Positions 1-10,721 of a stretch of 64,000 bases of DNA are shown in pieces. Position numbers and translations under genes: made by a program. Positions within the stretch are counted from its first letter, which is position 1; each line of letters begins with the position of its first letter. Source of the DNA: Nitrososphaeria archaeon. GTDB taxonomy: Archaea > Thermoproteota > Nitrososphaeria > JACIWG01. Location: contig JBEKIG010000003.1 in assembly GCA_050011875.1 (NCBI GenBank), forward strand, positions 1 through 64,000. The letters run 5' to 3'. The notes beneath the pieces are model-generated. The model saw only the letters and a list, made by a program, of their open reading frames with translations, did no database searches and was not told where the DNA came from.

Positions 1-419
1 CCTTGTCTTTATCTTCTGCATGGCCTTAGGCAAGGTGGAGTATAGATATAGTGCTATTCTTAGAATTAGGGGAAGATCTGCTGTTCTAATTTTTGAACAG
101 CGCACTTTTCATAAAAAATGTTATCCACCAAGTTATCCTGTCCTATGTTAAAGGCTTTTTTTGTCTGAAATCATGTGATCTTGCTCGAGATATTGTCGGA
201 CAATTTCCTCGTTTACGTCATTTATGGTTTTTAAATATATTATTGCTAATCCTTTAAAGTTTTATTTCCGTCTCAGGACTTATTTTTATAGGCTTATATG
301 TGAACCTACTTTTCTAAGCGGATATTACAAACTTCTTAAACACTTTCTTTTTCTATTGCAATGCTTAAATGATTTGTCATTTTTCTGTAGAAACGGTTTT
401 CTTATCAGATCAAGGCTAC

Positions 420-490
420 TTACTGAATGTTTGCCGCCTTGTAGAGAAACATCACATTTACGAAGCCGATGCTTTACAAATAGGGCCAGG
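420..490 (+). pseudogene. PIN-domain (VapC-like) gene fragment
   Basis: Translates as LLNVCRLVEKHHIYEADALQIG, resembling the 'l..k..iy.aDAlqia' PIN motif; no start or full domain. Boundaries approximate. Confidence 0.5.
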
Positions 491-611
491 AAAACATTTC
501 AGTGTGGATCCAGCCTTTAGTGCAGGAATGGTTCATATAAGCACCAAAGACAACGCGTGAGGTGTTCAGCTACTGGATACTCCTTAGTTAACCAACGCGA
601 GTCGAACTATA

Positions 612-1004
612 CTAGATCCATCTCACCTTTATTTCCTTCACCAATCCAAGATGAGGGTCATCCGACAGACATGCGGCATCTAGAAGCTGAGCTGTAGCCG
701 CGATCATGCTATCCGCCATTGAGATCCCATATTTCTGCCTTAGCTCAGCTGAACTCTTAGCAATGGCTTTGTCGACATCGACTATCTTGAAGTCCTTTTC
801 CAAAAGTTGCGCCCTCAAGGCAGCGGTTTCGCGTCCTTCCTTGACGAGAGTAAGCCTATAGACTTCGTGCACTACGATGGATGAAATATACCTTTCCCTG
901 TTCTTTCTTATTTCATCCTTGGTTCTCTGAAGAATCTTTTCGTCTTTGGAGTAGTAATGCTCAAAGAAGAACCTTGTATCATAAACGATCTTAGACATCT
1001 TCAT
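612..1004 (-). CDS. vapC: PIN-domain toxin (VapC family)
   Basis: N-terminal IVYDT, VHEV, SMADSMIAATA and LSDDPHL acidic PIN motifs; overlaps the upstream antitoxin ORF. Confidence 0.92.
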   Translation of the reverse strand: MKMSKIVYDTRFFFEHYYSKDEKILQRTKDEIRKNRERYISSIVVHEVYRLTLVKEGRETAALRAQLLEKDFKIVDVDKAIAKSSAELRQKYGISMADSMIAATAQLLDAACLSDDPHLGLVKEIKVRWI

Positions 1005-1221
1005 CCCTAAGCCTGTCCAAGAGCCTCTTCATCTCCTGAGGGGTTGCGTATGAAGAGCCTGAGCCAGCAAGATCGACAGTCGATTTCTTAGGCCTTATGA
1101 GTATGCCTTCTTTTGTGTCGACGAACTCTAGCCTTGTCCCCTCCTCGATCTTATACTTGCGACGGAGCTTAGCTGGGATTGTTGTCTGGCCTTTTCTAGT
1201 TACTACTACTTCGTTTTCCAA
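991..1221 (-). CDS. vapB: AbrB/MazE/SpoVT-family antitoxin (VapB)
   Basis: VTRKGQTTIPAKLRRKYKIEEG swapped-hairpin motif; immediately upstream of vapC with overlap. Confidence 0.92.
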   Translation of the reverse strand: MENEVVVTRKGQTTIPAKLRRKYKIEEGTRLEFVDTKEGILIRPKKSTVDLAGSGSSYATPQEMKRLLDRLRDEDV

Positions 1222-1698
1222 CTTATTCCACTGTAGTACTTTTACTGCGTACTACATATAAATATTTTCCAACCGCCCCCTTTAATTTGAATCACAGTTT
1301 GATTTTGAATCTGAGTCTCAGTAGTTGTCTGCGTTTCTGTAAAAGTCTGATTTTGTGCCTCGGTCTGTATCTGAGACTCTTCTTTTAAGCTTCCCTCAGG
1401 GCTAAAACATCTTTTTGTCGATGTTTACATCAACTTGAGGCTTTACTACTTTTAGGTTTATTAATTTGAACTAAGAATTCAAACAGAGGAAAACCTCATC
1501 TGATTATGTCCTATCTTCATATTTATAGAACTTTAAACCTCTGACTGGTTGTTTACCTTGTCTTTCAAAATCAAAATAGATGCAGTGAGATTTCTTCGAA
1601 CATAATAACTTTGACAATAGCTTAGATCTTTGAAATATTTAAAAAGAAATCATTTGCGATTGTTTCCGGGCGGTTAAAGATGTGCTTTATAGCCTACG

Positions 1699-4377
1699 TC
1701 ATTTCTTTTCCTTCTTGCCCGTCGTAAGCAATATGAGCGAGGTAACACTTATCGCCGTTCCTATCCCATATGCAAAGATAGTCGGTGAAGACAGGAGGAC
1801 CCCTGTCAAAATGGTTGTTGGAGTTGAAGTTTTAATTGATGAAGTTTTAGTTGATGTTGAAATAGATGTCGTTGAAGTTGAAGTTGAAGTTCTTGTCGAA
1901 GTAGTTGTAAAGGTTGTAGTTGTAATAGGCAAGGTTATAATAGTTGTTGTAGTTAACGGACTTTGTTGGATAGCATCCATTATAATACCATTAACCCATG
2001 TAGTCCATGTAGCGTTGTAATTTCGTGTTGAAGAAACCGTTTGATAGTATGAACCCATCTCTCCAGAACGCCATGTATTATAAATCAAAAACCATGGAGA
2101 ACTTAGATATTCAAGATTATGCCTATCCATTCCCCCCATAGTTATGAGCATATCGTTAGCGTTTGAAGTTGTAAGTGACGCATTTGCTGTACCAGATCCG
2201 ATGACGCTTGAGCCGTCAAATATGCCTGTGGTATTATCGTAGTTCATTATCGCATAAAAGACCGCTTCATCAGCAACACCAGTGCCATTTAGATTCACTG
2301 TCACCGTTATAGAACCATGTGAACTCCATTGAGCGTAGAATCTTGTGCAATTGTCAGTGCCAAAATAATCATAACTATCTGCTGAAGCTCTCTTTACCCA
2401 AGTTAGAGAAGGACTTGATGTGACAGATTTTATATGGTTCGTCAAGCACTGTGTATCTAAAATCAGCAGTTCATAGTTCGCCGTGGTTGTAATGGAAACC
2501 GTTGGTGTAAGATTTAAATCATTAACGTCATACATACCTGAAGCATCTACTGAAATATTGTTTGAAATAACACTTCCAGATGGATAATAGGCATAATTAC
2601 CAGACATTATGGTTCCGTTGGGTGTATCGTAATATGATATTGATATTGCGTTATTTCCTAATAACGTATTGTTAATGTTTAATCCGTTATCAGTTATATG
2701 TGCCGAAGTCGAAATATCTATCCCATAAATTGCAGTAGGTTCTAAAGTGTAAAAGATGTTGTTATGTATTATACAAATGTTCCAAGCGCCACCTGTTACA
2801 CCATACTCGCTGAAACCGTTAAAGATGTTGTTTTCTATGGTGCCGTTTGTTACATCTTGGAGTGCTACATCAATATCTGAATCCGTGAAGTTATTGGAAC
2901 AAATAACTAAGTTATTGACATAACCTTGCCCTGCATCCGCACTTATCCTTCCATCAATAGAGTTGCCGGTGACATTGATTAAATCAGCATGACTGATTCT
3001 CATGCCCCCTAAAAAATTGTTGTTTATGACAGAAACGTTATAATCAGGCGAATATGAACTACCAGCAGTAACATCTATTGCAGTATCTCCAGCACCTAAT
3101 ACTGTATTATTTTCTATGATGGAGTTGGTTACTGTACAGGAACCCAAAAGTATTGTGTCACCAGTAGCATTGATTATTGTATTTCCTGATATAGTAATAT
3201 CATAGCATAAATAAGGAGGTGGACTTATACAGATAGATGTAACGCTGTTTAATATAATATTATTTTTAATCAGACCAACATTCGTAGACCTGTAAGTAAC
3301 TCCTACTGTCTCATTGAATTTACATCTTTGGATTGTAATATTGTGATTCATTCCTCCTAAATCAAATCCGTCACCCCTATCAACAGTTAAATCTTGAAGA
3401 ACAAAGTTAGATACGTTACCACTGCTGGCAAAAAATCCCTTATTACTGCCTGCATTCCATCTAATTATAGTCTGATTCATTCCTTGCCCTTCAATAGTCA
3501 CGTTTGATTTGACAACTATATCAGAATCGATTGGATTCACCATATACGTTCCTTTAACGAGAATGGTTCCCCCAGATGTAGATAGAGAATTGATAGCGGT
3601 TTGCAGGTTAGCGAAATCAGCGGGTACAATCAAATATGGAGTTACAGTTGCCGTACCATTTTGTTTTACGGCATCCAACATTTCTGCCCAATTGGAGGAA
3701 ACTGAAGTAAAATTCGCTTGGTATGTTTCAGTAGACGAAACTTTATAATATTCTGAAGTTAAATAATCATAAGATGAAAGTTGTGCTATGGATGTAAAAG
3801 GAGAAACTGCTGGTAATGAATTACTTTGACTGTTAGCTAAAGCAATTAGAATATCATTGGCATTTGTAGTGGTTATAGAGGCGTAAACTGGGTTAGATGA
3901 AGTTCCAGAAGTTATAGATGGTGAACCGTCAAAAGGAGACGTTGTATTTGCGTTTAAAATATCATAAACTGTGAATCCAAAATAGTTATAGTCTAAACTG
4001 GTTGTCACGTTAATATCATTAGTACCCGAAGAAGTCCATATCGCATAATATCTATAAAGAGTATAATACCCATTGTTAATAGATGCTCTCAAAGCAAAAC
4101 TGAGAGTTGGACTACTTGTAACAGATACGACTGTTTTGCCCCCTGAAACTATATCAACGATGATGAGAGAATTATTTCCAGTTGTGGTTATGGAAATAGC
4201 TTTCCATTGAACATTAACCGTATCTACTTGATTATGCTTGTCGAAGGCAATATCGCCAACGAAAGCCTGAGCTGGAGAAGGAATGGGGGGAAAAGAACAA
4301 ATAGAAAAAAGTATAGAAAAAAAGAAAAGAAACACTAAAACAATAGATATGATTTTTTTGTATCCTAACTTTTTCAT
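1699..4377 (-). CDS. Large secreted/surface glycoprotein: signal peptide, beta-rich domain A, right-handed beta-helix, second domain A, Thr-rich linker, C-terminal TM anchor
   Basis: KKLGYKK plus hydrophobic stretch; I.NN.I parallel beta-helix repeats; the 'TT.NAND.LI' motif occurs twice; many NxS/T sequons; poly-T/S stretch; TM followed by KKEKK. Confidence 0.85.
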   Translation of the reverse strand: MKKLGYKKIISIVLVFLFFFSILFSICSFPPIPSPAQAFVGDIAFDKHNQVDTVNVQWKAISITTTGNNSLIIVDIVSGGKTVVSVTSSPTLSFALRASINNGYYTLYRYYAIWTSSGTNDINVTTSLDYNYFGFTVYDILNANTTSPFDGSPSITSGTSSNPVYASITTTNANDILIALANSQSNSLPAVSPFTSIAQLSSYDYLTSEYYKVSSTETYQANFTSVSSNWAEMLDAVKQNGTATVTPYLIVPADFANLQTAINSLSTSGGTILVKGTYMVNPIDSDIVVKSNVTIEGQGMNQTIIRWNAGSNKGFFASSGNVSNFVLQDLTVDRGDGFDLGGMNHNITIQRCKFNETVGVTYRSTNVGLIKNNIILNSVTSICISPPPYLCYDITISGNTIINATGDTILLGSCTVTNSIIENNTVLGAGDTAIDVTAGSSYSPDYNVSVINNNFLGGMRISHADLINVTGNSIDGRISADAGQGYVNNLVICSNNFTDSDIDVALQDVTNGTIENNIFNGFSEYGVTGGAWNICIIHNNIFYTLEPTAIYGIDISTSAHITDNGLNINNTLLGNNAISISYYDTPNGTIMSGNYAYYPSGSVISNNISVDASGMYDVNDLNLTPTVSITTTANYELLILDTQCLTNHIKSVTSSPSLTWVKRASADSYDYFGTDNCTRFYAQWSSHGSITVTVNLNGTGVADEAVFYAIMNYDNTTGIFDGSSVIGSGTANASLTTSNANDMLITMGGMDRHNLEYLSSPWFLIYNTWRSGEMGSYYQTVSSTRNYNATWTTWVNGIIMDAIQQSPLTTTTIITLPITTTTFTTTSTRTSTSTSTTSISTSTKTSSIKTSTPTTILTGVLLSSPTIFAYGIGTAISVTSLILLTTGKKEKK

Positions 4378-4556
4378 TATATCATCATATTAAAAATTCT
4401 ATTTAATATATATAAAATGAATTATATTATTTTATCAATGTATATACCTTAGCCAAAACCAACGTTAGATATGTAAATCCCCCGACATCTAACAATATCG
4501 GCCCATAGTTATCCTAACTCGCCAGCAAAAACATACACACACAAAAAAAGGTCTGT

Positions 4557-4781
4557 TCAGCTAAAGAAGACTAACAGCGCCACAATACCTTGCTCCGTCA
4601 AGAAGATTTTACCATCGCTTAGTTCGACAACATATCCTTTTTTCTTTAATCCGTTAAGTTACTCTAGGCTTGAATATACCTTTTCCTTAAGGATCACCTT
4701 TTTTGCAGAAGTCGCGTTGTACATGCAGAATAGTTCCTCAAGGAGTTCGATGTTTAATTTTGATCCTAAAGTTTCAAACAT
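4557..4781 (-). pseudogene. Pseudogene copy of the small winged-helix-like gene at 26518-26742
   Basis: Same 225-nt length and highly similar sequence (MFETLGSKLNIELLEELFCMYNATSAKK...), but an in-frame TAA replaces CAC after YSSLE. Confidence 0.85.
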
Positions 4782-5110
4782 TTTGAAATCCCCATCTCGA
4801 GTCCTTTCGCCTTATAGATCATAGGCGAGATTATTGATTTTTGGAATGGAAAATAAAGAGTTAAAATCCTGCTAAGGCTGTTATTAAGATTCATTGAATA
4901 ACATTTTAATTTGAAGTCATAAATGGTCTATTAGGACAGGCCCGGTTGGTTTATTTTTATTTTGTTGAATATTGAATTTGGTTGCAGCTTAATGTTTTTT
5001 GTAATACTTATTTTCTCAATACTTAGATACCTGCTTGAACATTTAGTCAAACAGCTTCACTATGATTTTCCATTGTATTCTTTTATCGTAAATTCTACAC
5101 TACGCCAGCA

Positions 5111-6280
5111 TTAAGGTAGGTGAAAAATGCTTTTTCTCTTGTCCTCATTGAGTTGTGTTCGAGCTGTGGGCATATAATATTCACGTCTGTTATCGTGATT
5201 TAAACGTGCGACTGCTGTTCTAAAAATTGATTTGGCATATTCTTGTTTTACAAATATTCCACTACCTAATATGATTCTAACTCTCTTCAAACAATTAGCC
5301 CTCCAAAATTCTACTATCGGAAGATAAGTCAAAAAGTCTATCTTTTGAACCTCCTTCTTGTCAAACAAATCTTTAATTGCAGCATACATTACGAACTTCC
5401 CCAAACTTAACTCCCTATATTCTTCAGCGAAAGACGTCTTTGCCATGTAGGCGGTTCCTTTATACTGTAAGATCATCGCGTAGGCAACAGGCTGGTTATT
5501 GAGTTCCAGGAACCAAATTTTTCGCTTTATGATTATAGTATTGTTGTTTGTTGATGATGATGACTTTAGGAACCATATTATAGAATCATCAACCGTTTGC
5601 CCTTGTCTAATTTTTTCTTTCCAACTCAGCTTTTCAATAGCTAGTATCTTGTCATATATAGCCTCTTCACTGTATTCATTATTGTTCTCAATTACCGTTA
5701 GTTTCCATTTACCTCCTTTATTCATTTTGTTTTCGATTTGTCTAAGTTTTCTCCTAAAATGACGGCCACATAATTTTTTATAGTCATCCCAAGAGCAACT
5801 AACTGAAATTACCCCATGATCCATGAACTGGTGTGATTGCTCAAAAAAGGGGATATTGTTTGACACACATATACGCTTCAAACCACGGAGATTTGGTGAG
5901 TCGCTATTCAAGTCTAAGACTATTAACTTGGAGTTTAATCTCTTAAGAACTAAGTGAAGTACAGTTTCCATAGTCATCGATTCATAATTTTCCTTTATGA
6001 CAAAATTTGGGGAAGCCCAATATTCAGTGAGAAATCTAGCGTAGCGAATTCCAAGATTTCGCCTTAGAATCAGTGGGGCTAACCCGACAATTTCCCCATC
6101 AACTCTTACGATTACGATAGCGGGAATATGAGTTATGGAGGCATTTCGATCCATTGCGTTTCTTATGAACGGTAATTGCATGAAAGGATTTTCACCGTAT
6201 TCTTTCAGAAAAACGTCCAAATCATTTTCATCTTCTGATAACTCCTCGGTATTAGTGATTATTCTTGCAGATACCTTCAT
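5111..6280 (-). CDS. GNAT N-acetyltransferase, CelD/BcsL-like
   Basis: 'DGEIVGLAPL', 'IEKLSWK' and 'KTSFAEEYRELSLGK...IDFL' are typical of the CelD/BcsL-like double GNAT. Confidence 0.8.
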   Translation of the reverse strand: MKVSARIITNTEELSEDENDLDVFLKEYGENPFMQLPFIRNAMDRNASITHIPAIVIVRVDGEIVGLAPLILRRNLGIRYARFLTEYWASPNFVIKENYESMTMETVLHLVLKRLNSKLIVLDLNSDSPNLRGLKRICVSNNIPFFEQSHQFMDHGVISVSCSWDDYKKLCGRHFRRKLRQIENKMNKGGKWKLTVIENNNEYSEEAIYDKILAIEKLSWKEKIRQGQTVDDSIIWFLKSSSSTNNNTIIIKRKIWFLELNNQPVAYAMILQYKGTAYMAKTSFAEEYRELSLGKFVMYAAIKDLFDKKEVQKIDFLTYLPIVEFWRANCLKRVRIILGSGIFVKQEYAKSIFRTAVARLNHDNRREYYMPTARTQLNEDKRKSIFHLP

Positions 6281-6549
6281 CTGCTCACTCGCTTAATAAT
6301 AGTAATAACTGGTTCTAATGAATATTTCGCTTGACGCTATATCTCGCTCAACCCAGCAGTCGTCGGGTGTTCATTGAAGTAGAACTACGTGAGCATCTTG
6401 ATGAACAGGCTCCGCAAGGCAGTTCTGTTAAGCAGGGATTTATTGGAATTTAATTTAGAACTGCGTCGATCCTCCGAATGCCTGCTACTATTGCACCTCA
6501 GCCCCCTCTATTCTCACTTTATTACAAATAATACATGTAATAAGAAAAT

Positions 6550-7010
6550 AATGCTTATGCGATTTGGAAAAATGTTCTAAACAAATTAGGTTTCTTAAAA
6601 AAAGATAGTTCAACGAATAGAATAACTGTTCATCCACATGTTTTAAGAAAGTTCTTTAGAACTAGGCTAGGTGCCGTTATCCCCGTTGACATTGTAGAAA
6701 CTTTAATGGGGCATGAAGGGTATTTAACAGAGGTTTATAGGAAATATTCTTTCGAAGATTTAGGTAAGTTCTATCAGCAAGGAGAACACACTTTAACGGT
6801 CTTTGGTTCTGGAGAAGATGTTAACAAGCTGAGAGAGGAAATAAGCGAAAAAAACAAGGAGCTTCAAACACTAGTTAATTCTCTAGCCACAGAGAATATT
6901 AGCTAAAGAAATAGGGTTGAAGTGCTAGAAAAGGAGATTTCTAAGGTTTCAGAAATAGAGAAGATAGTTAAAGAACTCAAACAGAAAAGACTAGAGGTCA
7001 ACTAATTTAA
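6550..7010 (+). pseudogene. C-terminal fragment of an archaeal tyrosine integrase
   Basis: Frame reads KLGFLKKDSSTNRITVHPHVLRKFFRTRLG...LMGHEGYLTEVYRK: HxLR, MGH and catalytic Tyr, then a coiled-coil tail broken by a stop/frameshift; no N-terminus. Confidence 0.85.
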
Positions 7011-7062
7011 GGTTCTAAGACTGCTAAAAAAATGAAGGGATACAAACTGCACTTGTGCATGT

Positions 7063-7776
7063 CTAGAGTGAATAAGTCAACGTAATTTGTCCGCTGACCG
7101 TTTTGCCAGCTGTAAGGGAAAAACTGTTGTCGAAGATCATATAGTAGCTTTGGCCCGCTGGAATCGAAACGCTGATGTTTGCTGAAATAACCACACCGCT
7201 ATTATAGTATGCACTTATCTGGTTACCGTTATACCAGCTATCAAACTGGGAGGTGCTCATGATATATACCTCGATGTCGTTTCCTAACTCTCCCGAAGCC
7301 GTTAAATTACCTGTTACCGTAACATTCATTACGTTGTAAGGGACTTTGAACGGTGCATAATCAAAATATCCCGCATCCACGGATGTTGAACCGTTAAAAA
7401 GGTAAACCGTAAAAGCAGTTACGATATTATTCCCATACGTGGTAGTGGTTGAATAGGTAATCAAGGAAGTTGTATTCAGAGGTGAAATTGTTGGAGTACT
7501 AGTTAAAGTCTGCGTTAAAGTACTAGTTGAAGTCTTTGTTAAAGTACTAGTTGAAGTCTTCGTTAAGGTACTAGTTGAAGTCTGCGTAAAAGTAACAGTT
7601 GAAATTTGCGTTAAAGTACTAGTTGAAGTCTGCGTAATAGATTGTGTAACAGTTTGTGAATTTGTTTCTGTTACGGTTTGAGATTTTTGACCATACAAAT
7701 ATCCAACTAAACTAGTTAAAACAACAACTGCTATAACAAGAGTACCTATTACTCCGTAAACAGTTTTAGATGACAT
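7063..7776 (-). CDS. Membrane-anchored protein with Thr-rich repeat stalk and C-terminal beta-sandwich domain
   Basis: N-terminal TM; TLT(Q/K)TSTS repeats; C-terminal 'YYNSG...YYMIFDNSFS' domain. Confidence 0.75.
   Translation of the reverse strand: MSSKTVYGVIGTLVIAVVVLTSLVGYLYGQKSQTVTETNSQTVTQSITQTSTSTLTQISTVTFTQTSTSTLTKTSTSTLTKTSTSTLTQTLTSTPTISPLNTTSLITYSTTTTYGNNIVTAFTVYLFNGSTSVDAGYFDYAPFKVPYNVMNVTVTGNLTASGELGNDIEVYIMSTSQFDSWYNGNQISAYYNSGVVISANISVSIPAGQSYYMIFDNSFSLTAGKTVSGQITLTYSL
7497..7636. repeat. Imperfect 24-bp coding tandem repeat, about 6 copies
   Basis: actagttgaagtct(g/t)(c/t)gttaaagt-like units encode TLTxTSTS. Confidence 0.85.
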
Positions 7777-8581
7777 GACTTTACCCTAATAAAAATATTA
7801 ACTCAGATATTTAAGATTATAACTCTACACTGCAGTAAATTTAAATAAAAACAGAAGATATTTTAGAAATTTTATTTATAATGAAAGATATAATTTTGGA
7901 GGCGGTTAACTAGCCACACTCTATTTTTTTATTCTACAGCTAGTTCTGAAGGTGTGGTCCAATGATCAAAGCTGGGTTGAGGTTGGAAGTGCGATTTGGG
8001 AGGTAGATGTCGGTGTTTGATTGATGGTTATGTAATCGCTTAAGCATGGTGTCAGAGTAATAATATGTTTAGTTTTTGCTTGATCTGTTAGATTATGCTT
8101 GTTTCTATCAAGTTTAATCAATTAATCTAAATATTTAATTCAAATATAGAATATATGAAGAAAGTTAATAATTGTGCTGGGAGGGTTGAGAATATCAGGA
8201 ATATTGCAATTACTAGAGGTTAGTAGTATTAGCTAGAACCGTTATTAATTATAATATATTATAATAACAACAACATATATGTGTGTTAGTTGAAAGAAGA
8301 GCAAGAACACAAATAACATATGACATAAAAGAGTTAATAAGTAAAAATAAAAGTGAATTAGAAGAAATTAAAAGAGCAGGAAAGATATTTAATAAAGCAA
8401 TAAATAAGACTATCATAAGATTAAGATAAATAATCAAAAAAATAACAGTTAACTATTAACTTATACATCTTATTTTTTGGAAACTTCCCAAAAGGTTCAA
8501 AGGAAGCAACCTGCGCCCTAAGATTAACTTACACTACTCCATTTAAGTTAACGATATAAAAGTAGGGGGAATCAGTAAACT

Positions 8582-9502
8582 TTAATTTTGTTTAGCTTTT
8601 GGGGAGGTTTTATTTTTACGTAATAGGGCGACTGCCAAAAGCGCTACGACTGCCAGCAGAGGAATCCAAAGCAGCGGAAGGTATAGGTTCAAGCTTTCTT
8701 GTATAACGACGCCTCCAACAGGTAAAATTGTGGTCGTCGAAGTAGTCGTCGAAGTAGTCGTTGATGTAGCCTGTACAGCGTCTAACATTTCAATCCAAGG
8801 ATAGGTTGGCGGTGTAGTAAAATTCGCTTGATAAGTTCCCGTTGATGATACAATATAATATTCCGAAGTTAAAGATTCATAGGAACTTGTATGATATATT
8901 AAAGTAAAAGGTGATACTGCACTTAACCCTCCAGATTCACTACCAGCCTCTGCGATAAGCATGTCATTAGCATTTGTTGTTGTTATAGAGGCGTAAACTG
9001 GATTAGACGAATTTCCATTAGTTTTAACTGTCGAGCCGTCGAAAGGAGATGCTGTATTAGCATTTAAAATATCATAAGCTATTACTGCAAAATAGTTATC
9101 GCTTGCGCTAGTTGTAACGTTAATAGCTATTGTACCATGAGATGACCAAACAGCGTAATATCTGTAAAGAATACTATTACCTGTGGAAGTTGAATCTCTT
9201 AAAGTAAAAGTAATACTCTGATTATCTGAAACAGACGAGACTGTTTTGGAAACAGTACCCACATCCAGAATTATGAGTGCATCGTTTGCAGTAGTAGTTA
9301 AGTTAATTACTTCACTTTGTATATTTACAGTGTCAATATATGTAGAACTGTCAATAACAATACTTCCTGTGGCGTGAGCTACATTTTCTCCGAAAAACGA
9401 TGAAAAAGAAGTAAACATCGTTAAAACGAAAATGGACACTAAAACAATAGACGCTATTTTCTTATATCCTAACTTATATCCTGAAAACTTTTTTTCCATC
9501 AT
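8582..9502 (-). CDS. Surface protein: signal peptide, domain A, Thr linker, PVGG-TM-basic tail
   Basis: Clear paralog of the N-terminal domains of 1699-4377 and 34843-36108 (SPFDGS..SNPVYASITTTNANDMLIA..SEYYIVSSTGTYQANFT). Confidence 0.85.
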   Translation of the reverse strand: MMEKKFSGYKLGYKKIASIVLVSIFVLTMFTSFSSFFGENVAHATGSIVIDSSTYIDTVNIQSEVINLTTTANDALIILDVGTVSKTVSSVSDNQSITFTLRDSTSTGNSILYRYYAVWSSHGTIAINVTTSASDNYFAVIAYDILNANTASPFDGSTVKTNGNSSNPVYASITTTNANDMLIAEAGSESGGLSAVSPFTLIYHTSSYESLTSEYYIVSSTGTYQANFTTPPTYPWIEMLDAVQATSTTTSTTTSTTTILPVGGVVIQESLNLYLPLLWIPLLAVVALLAVALLRKNKTSPKAKQN

Positions 9503-9846
9503 ATCATCATCTCAACTATGTTAGCCAAATACTATCAGCTGAAAGAGATTAAAATAGGTTAATAAAGTTTACTAAATATGTAAAGGTTAGTTAAAAAAAT
9601 GATTTCATATAAAAGCTGTGTGAACAATTTTGGAATATGTTAAGCCGAGGAAAGAGATAATTTCCGAATTTTTTTCCTTCTGTAGTTTGTGACATTGGCA
9701 GCAGCTTCCTGTCAGGAAATCAGCAATAGTGCATTAAACAGTTTAATGAGCTGTTTTTCGTGTTAGTCTACTATTGTCATTGAAGGGTTTACTGATAACT
9801 GTTAGGAAAGGGTTTTTTGCTTAGTCGGATCCGATTTTTACAAATT

Positions 9847-10005
9847 ATGTTCGAAAAGACACCAACTATGATAGTTGTAAGACCTTCGTCGAGTAAGGTA
9901 TGACACAAGTATTTCACTTTCCTGCCAGCAGAGGGGTACACTTACTTGAAGGAATATCTTGAAGAGTGGATCAGAACAAATGAAGGGTTAACTAGTTCAA
10001 CTCTC
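9847..10005 (+). pseudogene. Internal fragment of an archaeal tyrosine integrase
   Basis: Reads MFEKTPTMIVVRPSSSKV*HKYFTFLPAEGYTYLKEYLEEWIRTNEGLTSST, matching the 'P..i.Vr..lSK..h.YfTFl..Eg...lk.YL' integrase segment; internal stop. Confidence 0.7.
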
Positions 10006-10091
10006 AATATCAATGGCAAAATTTTAATGCCCGACATAAAATACACTATCTATTTTTTCACTAAAATGAATCTGAAAATGCTTTTTATCAA

Positions 10092-10331
10092 TTAATCAAT
10101 TAATTTAGTTAATCTCCAAATGAAGAATCCTACTGCACTTACTATGAATGATACGATTGTAAAAGTGTCCACTCTCAGCCAAGGCGTGAGATGTGACAAA
10201 GGGTAGGTCAACCATTTGGAATCATGAAACTGCAACGCCACCCCGTAAAGCCAGCCTAATAAGCCATATAAGAAAAGAAACTGCCCTGTTACATTGATAA
10301 CAATCGTAGATTTGTCCACAATACTTTTCAT
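10092..10331 (-). CDS. Small membrane protein (2 TM), unknown function
   Basis: 79-aa ORF with two hydrophobic segments; TATA-like TTTATA upstream. Confidence 0.65.
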   Translation of the reverse strand: MKSIVDKSTIVINVTGQFLFLYGLLGWLYGVALQFHDSKWLTYPLSHLTPWLRVDTFTIVSFIVSAVGFFIWRLTKLID

Positions 10332-10721
10332 ACAGAAAGTTTTCGTCGACTTAACCTATAAATGTTTCTACTCTCTATTTTATATCTTCCTATCAATATA
10401 GGTAAGTCGAAAGAGGCTTCAATTTTAATACGATAGAAGCTGTGATCTTCGATTTTGATGGTGTGATAGCTGTCTAAATCCTAACCCCGCTAAACCCCTC
10501 TCAAGAATATATACTTAATTTAAAGTTCTTGGTTATTTCTTGCCGTTGTCGCTGTGCCTTGGGAAAGTGTACACTCTGATCCAGCCTTGGGTGCAGGAAT
10601 AGTTCATATGAGCACCGAAGAGTGTCTCATAAATGTCTCGTTTTTGTCCCTTTCTACCATAGCGCTTTCTACTATAGCGCGCGCTAAGCCAAAAAATGGC
10701 TTTTTCTTTAACACGCGAGAT

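Noticed and set aside
1596-1617. dif/Xer-like half-site (ttcgaacataat; reverse match near 9844)
   Set aside because: Only a half-site, and the 9844 match lies in an integrase coding fragment; insufficient support.
1682-2020. Val/Glu-rich ORF, and similar antisense ORFs such as 34782-35060, 36788-37252 and 50930-51346
   Set aside because: These are shadow frames opposite well-supported genes.
4464-4493. GTTAGAT...ATCTAAC inverted repeat as an integron attC site
   Set aside because: The core sites are in the wrong order and too close together, the motif does not recur between genes, and there is no IntI.
1699-9502. Diversity-generating retroelement acting on the paralogous surface genes
   Set aside because: No reverse transcriptase in the window, and differences between copies do not appear confined to adenines.
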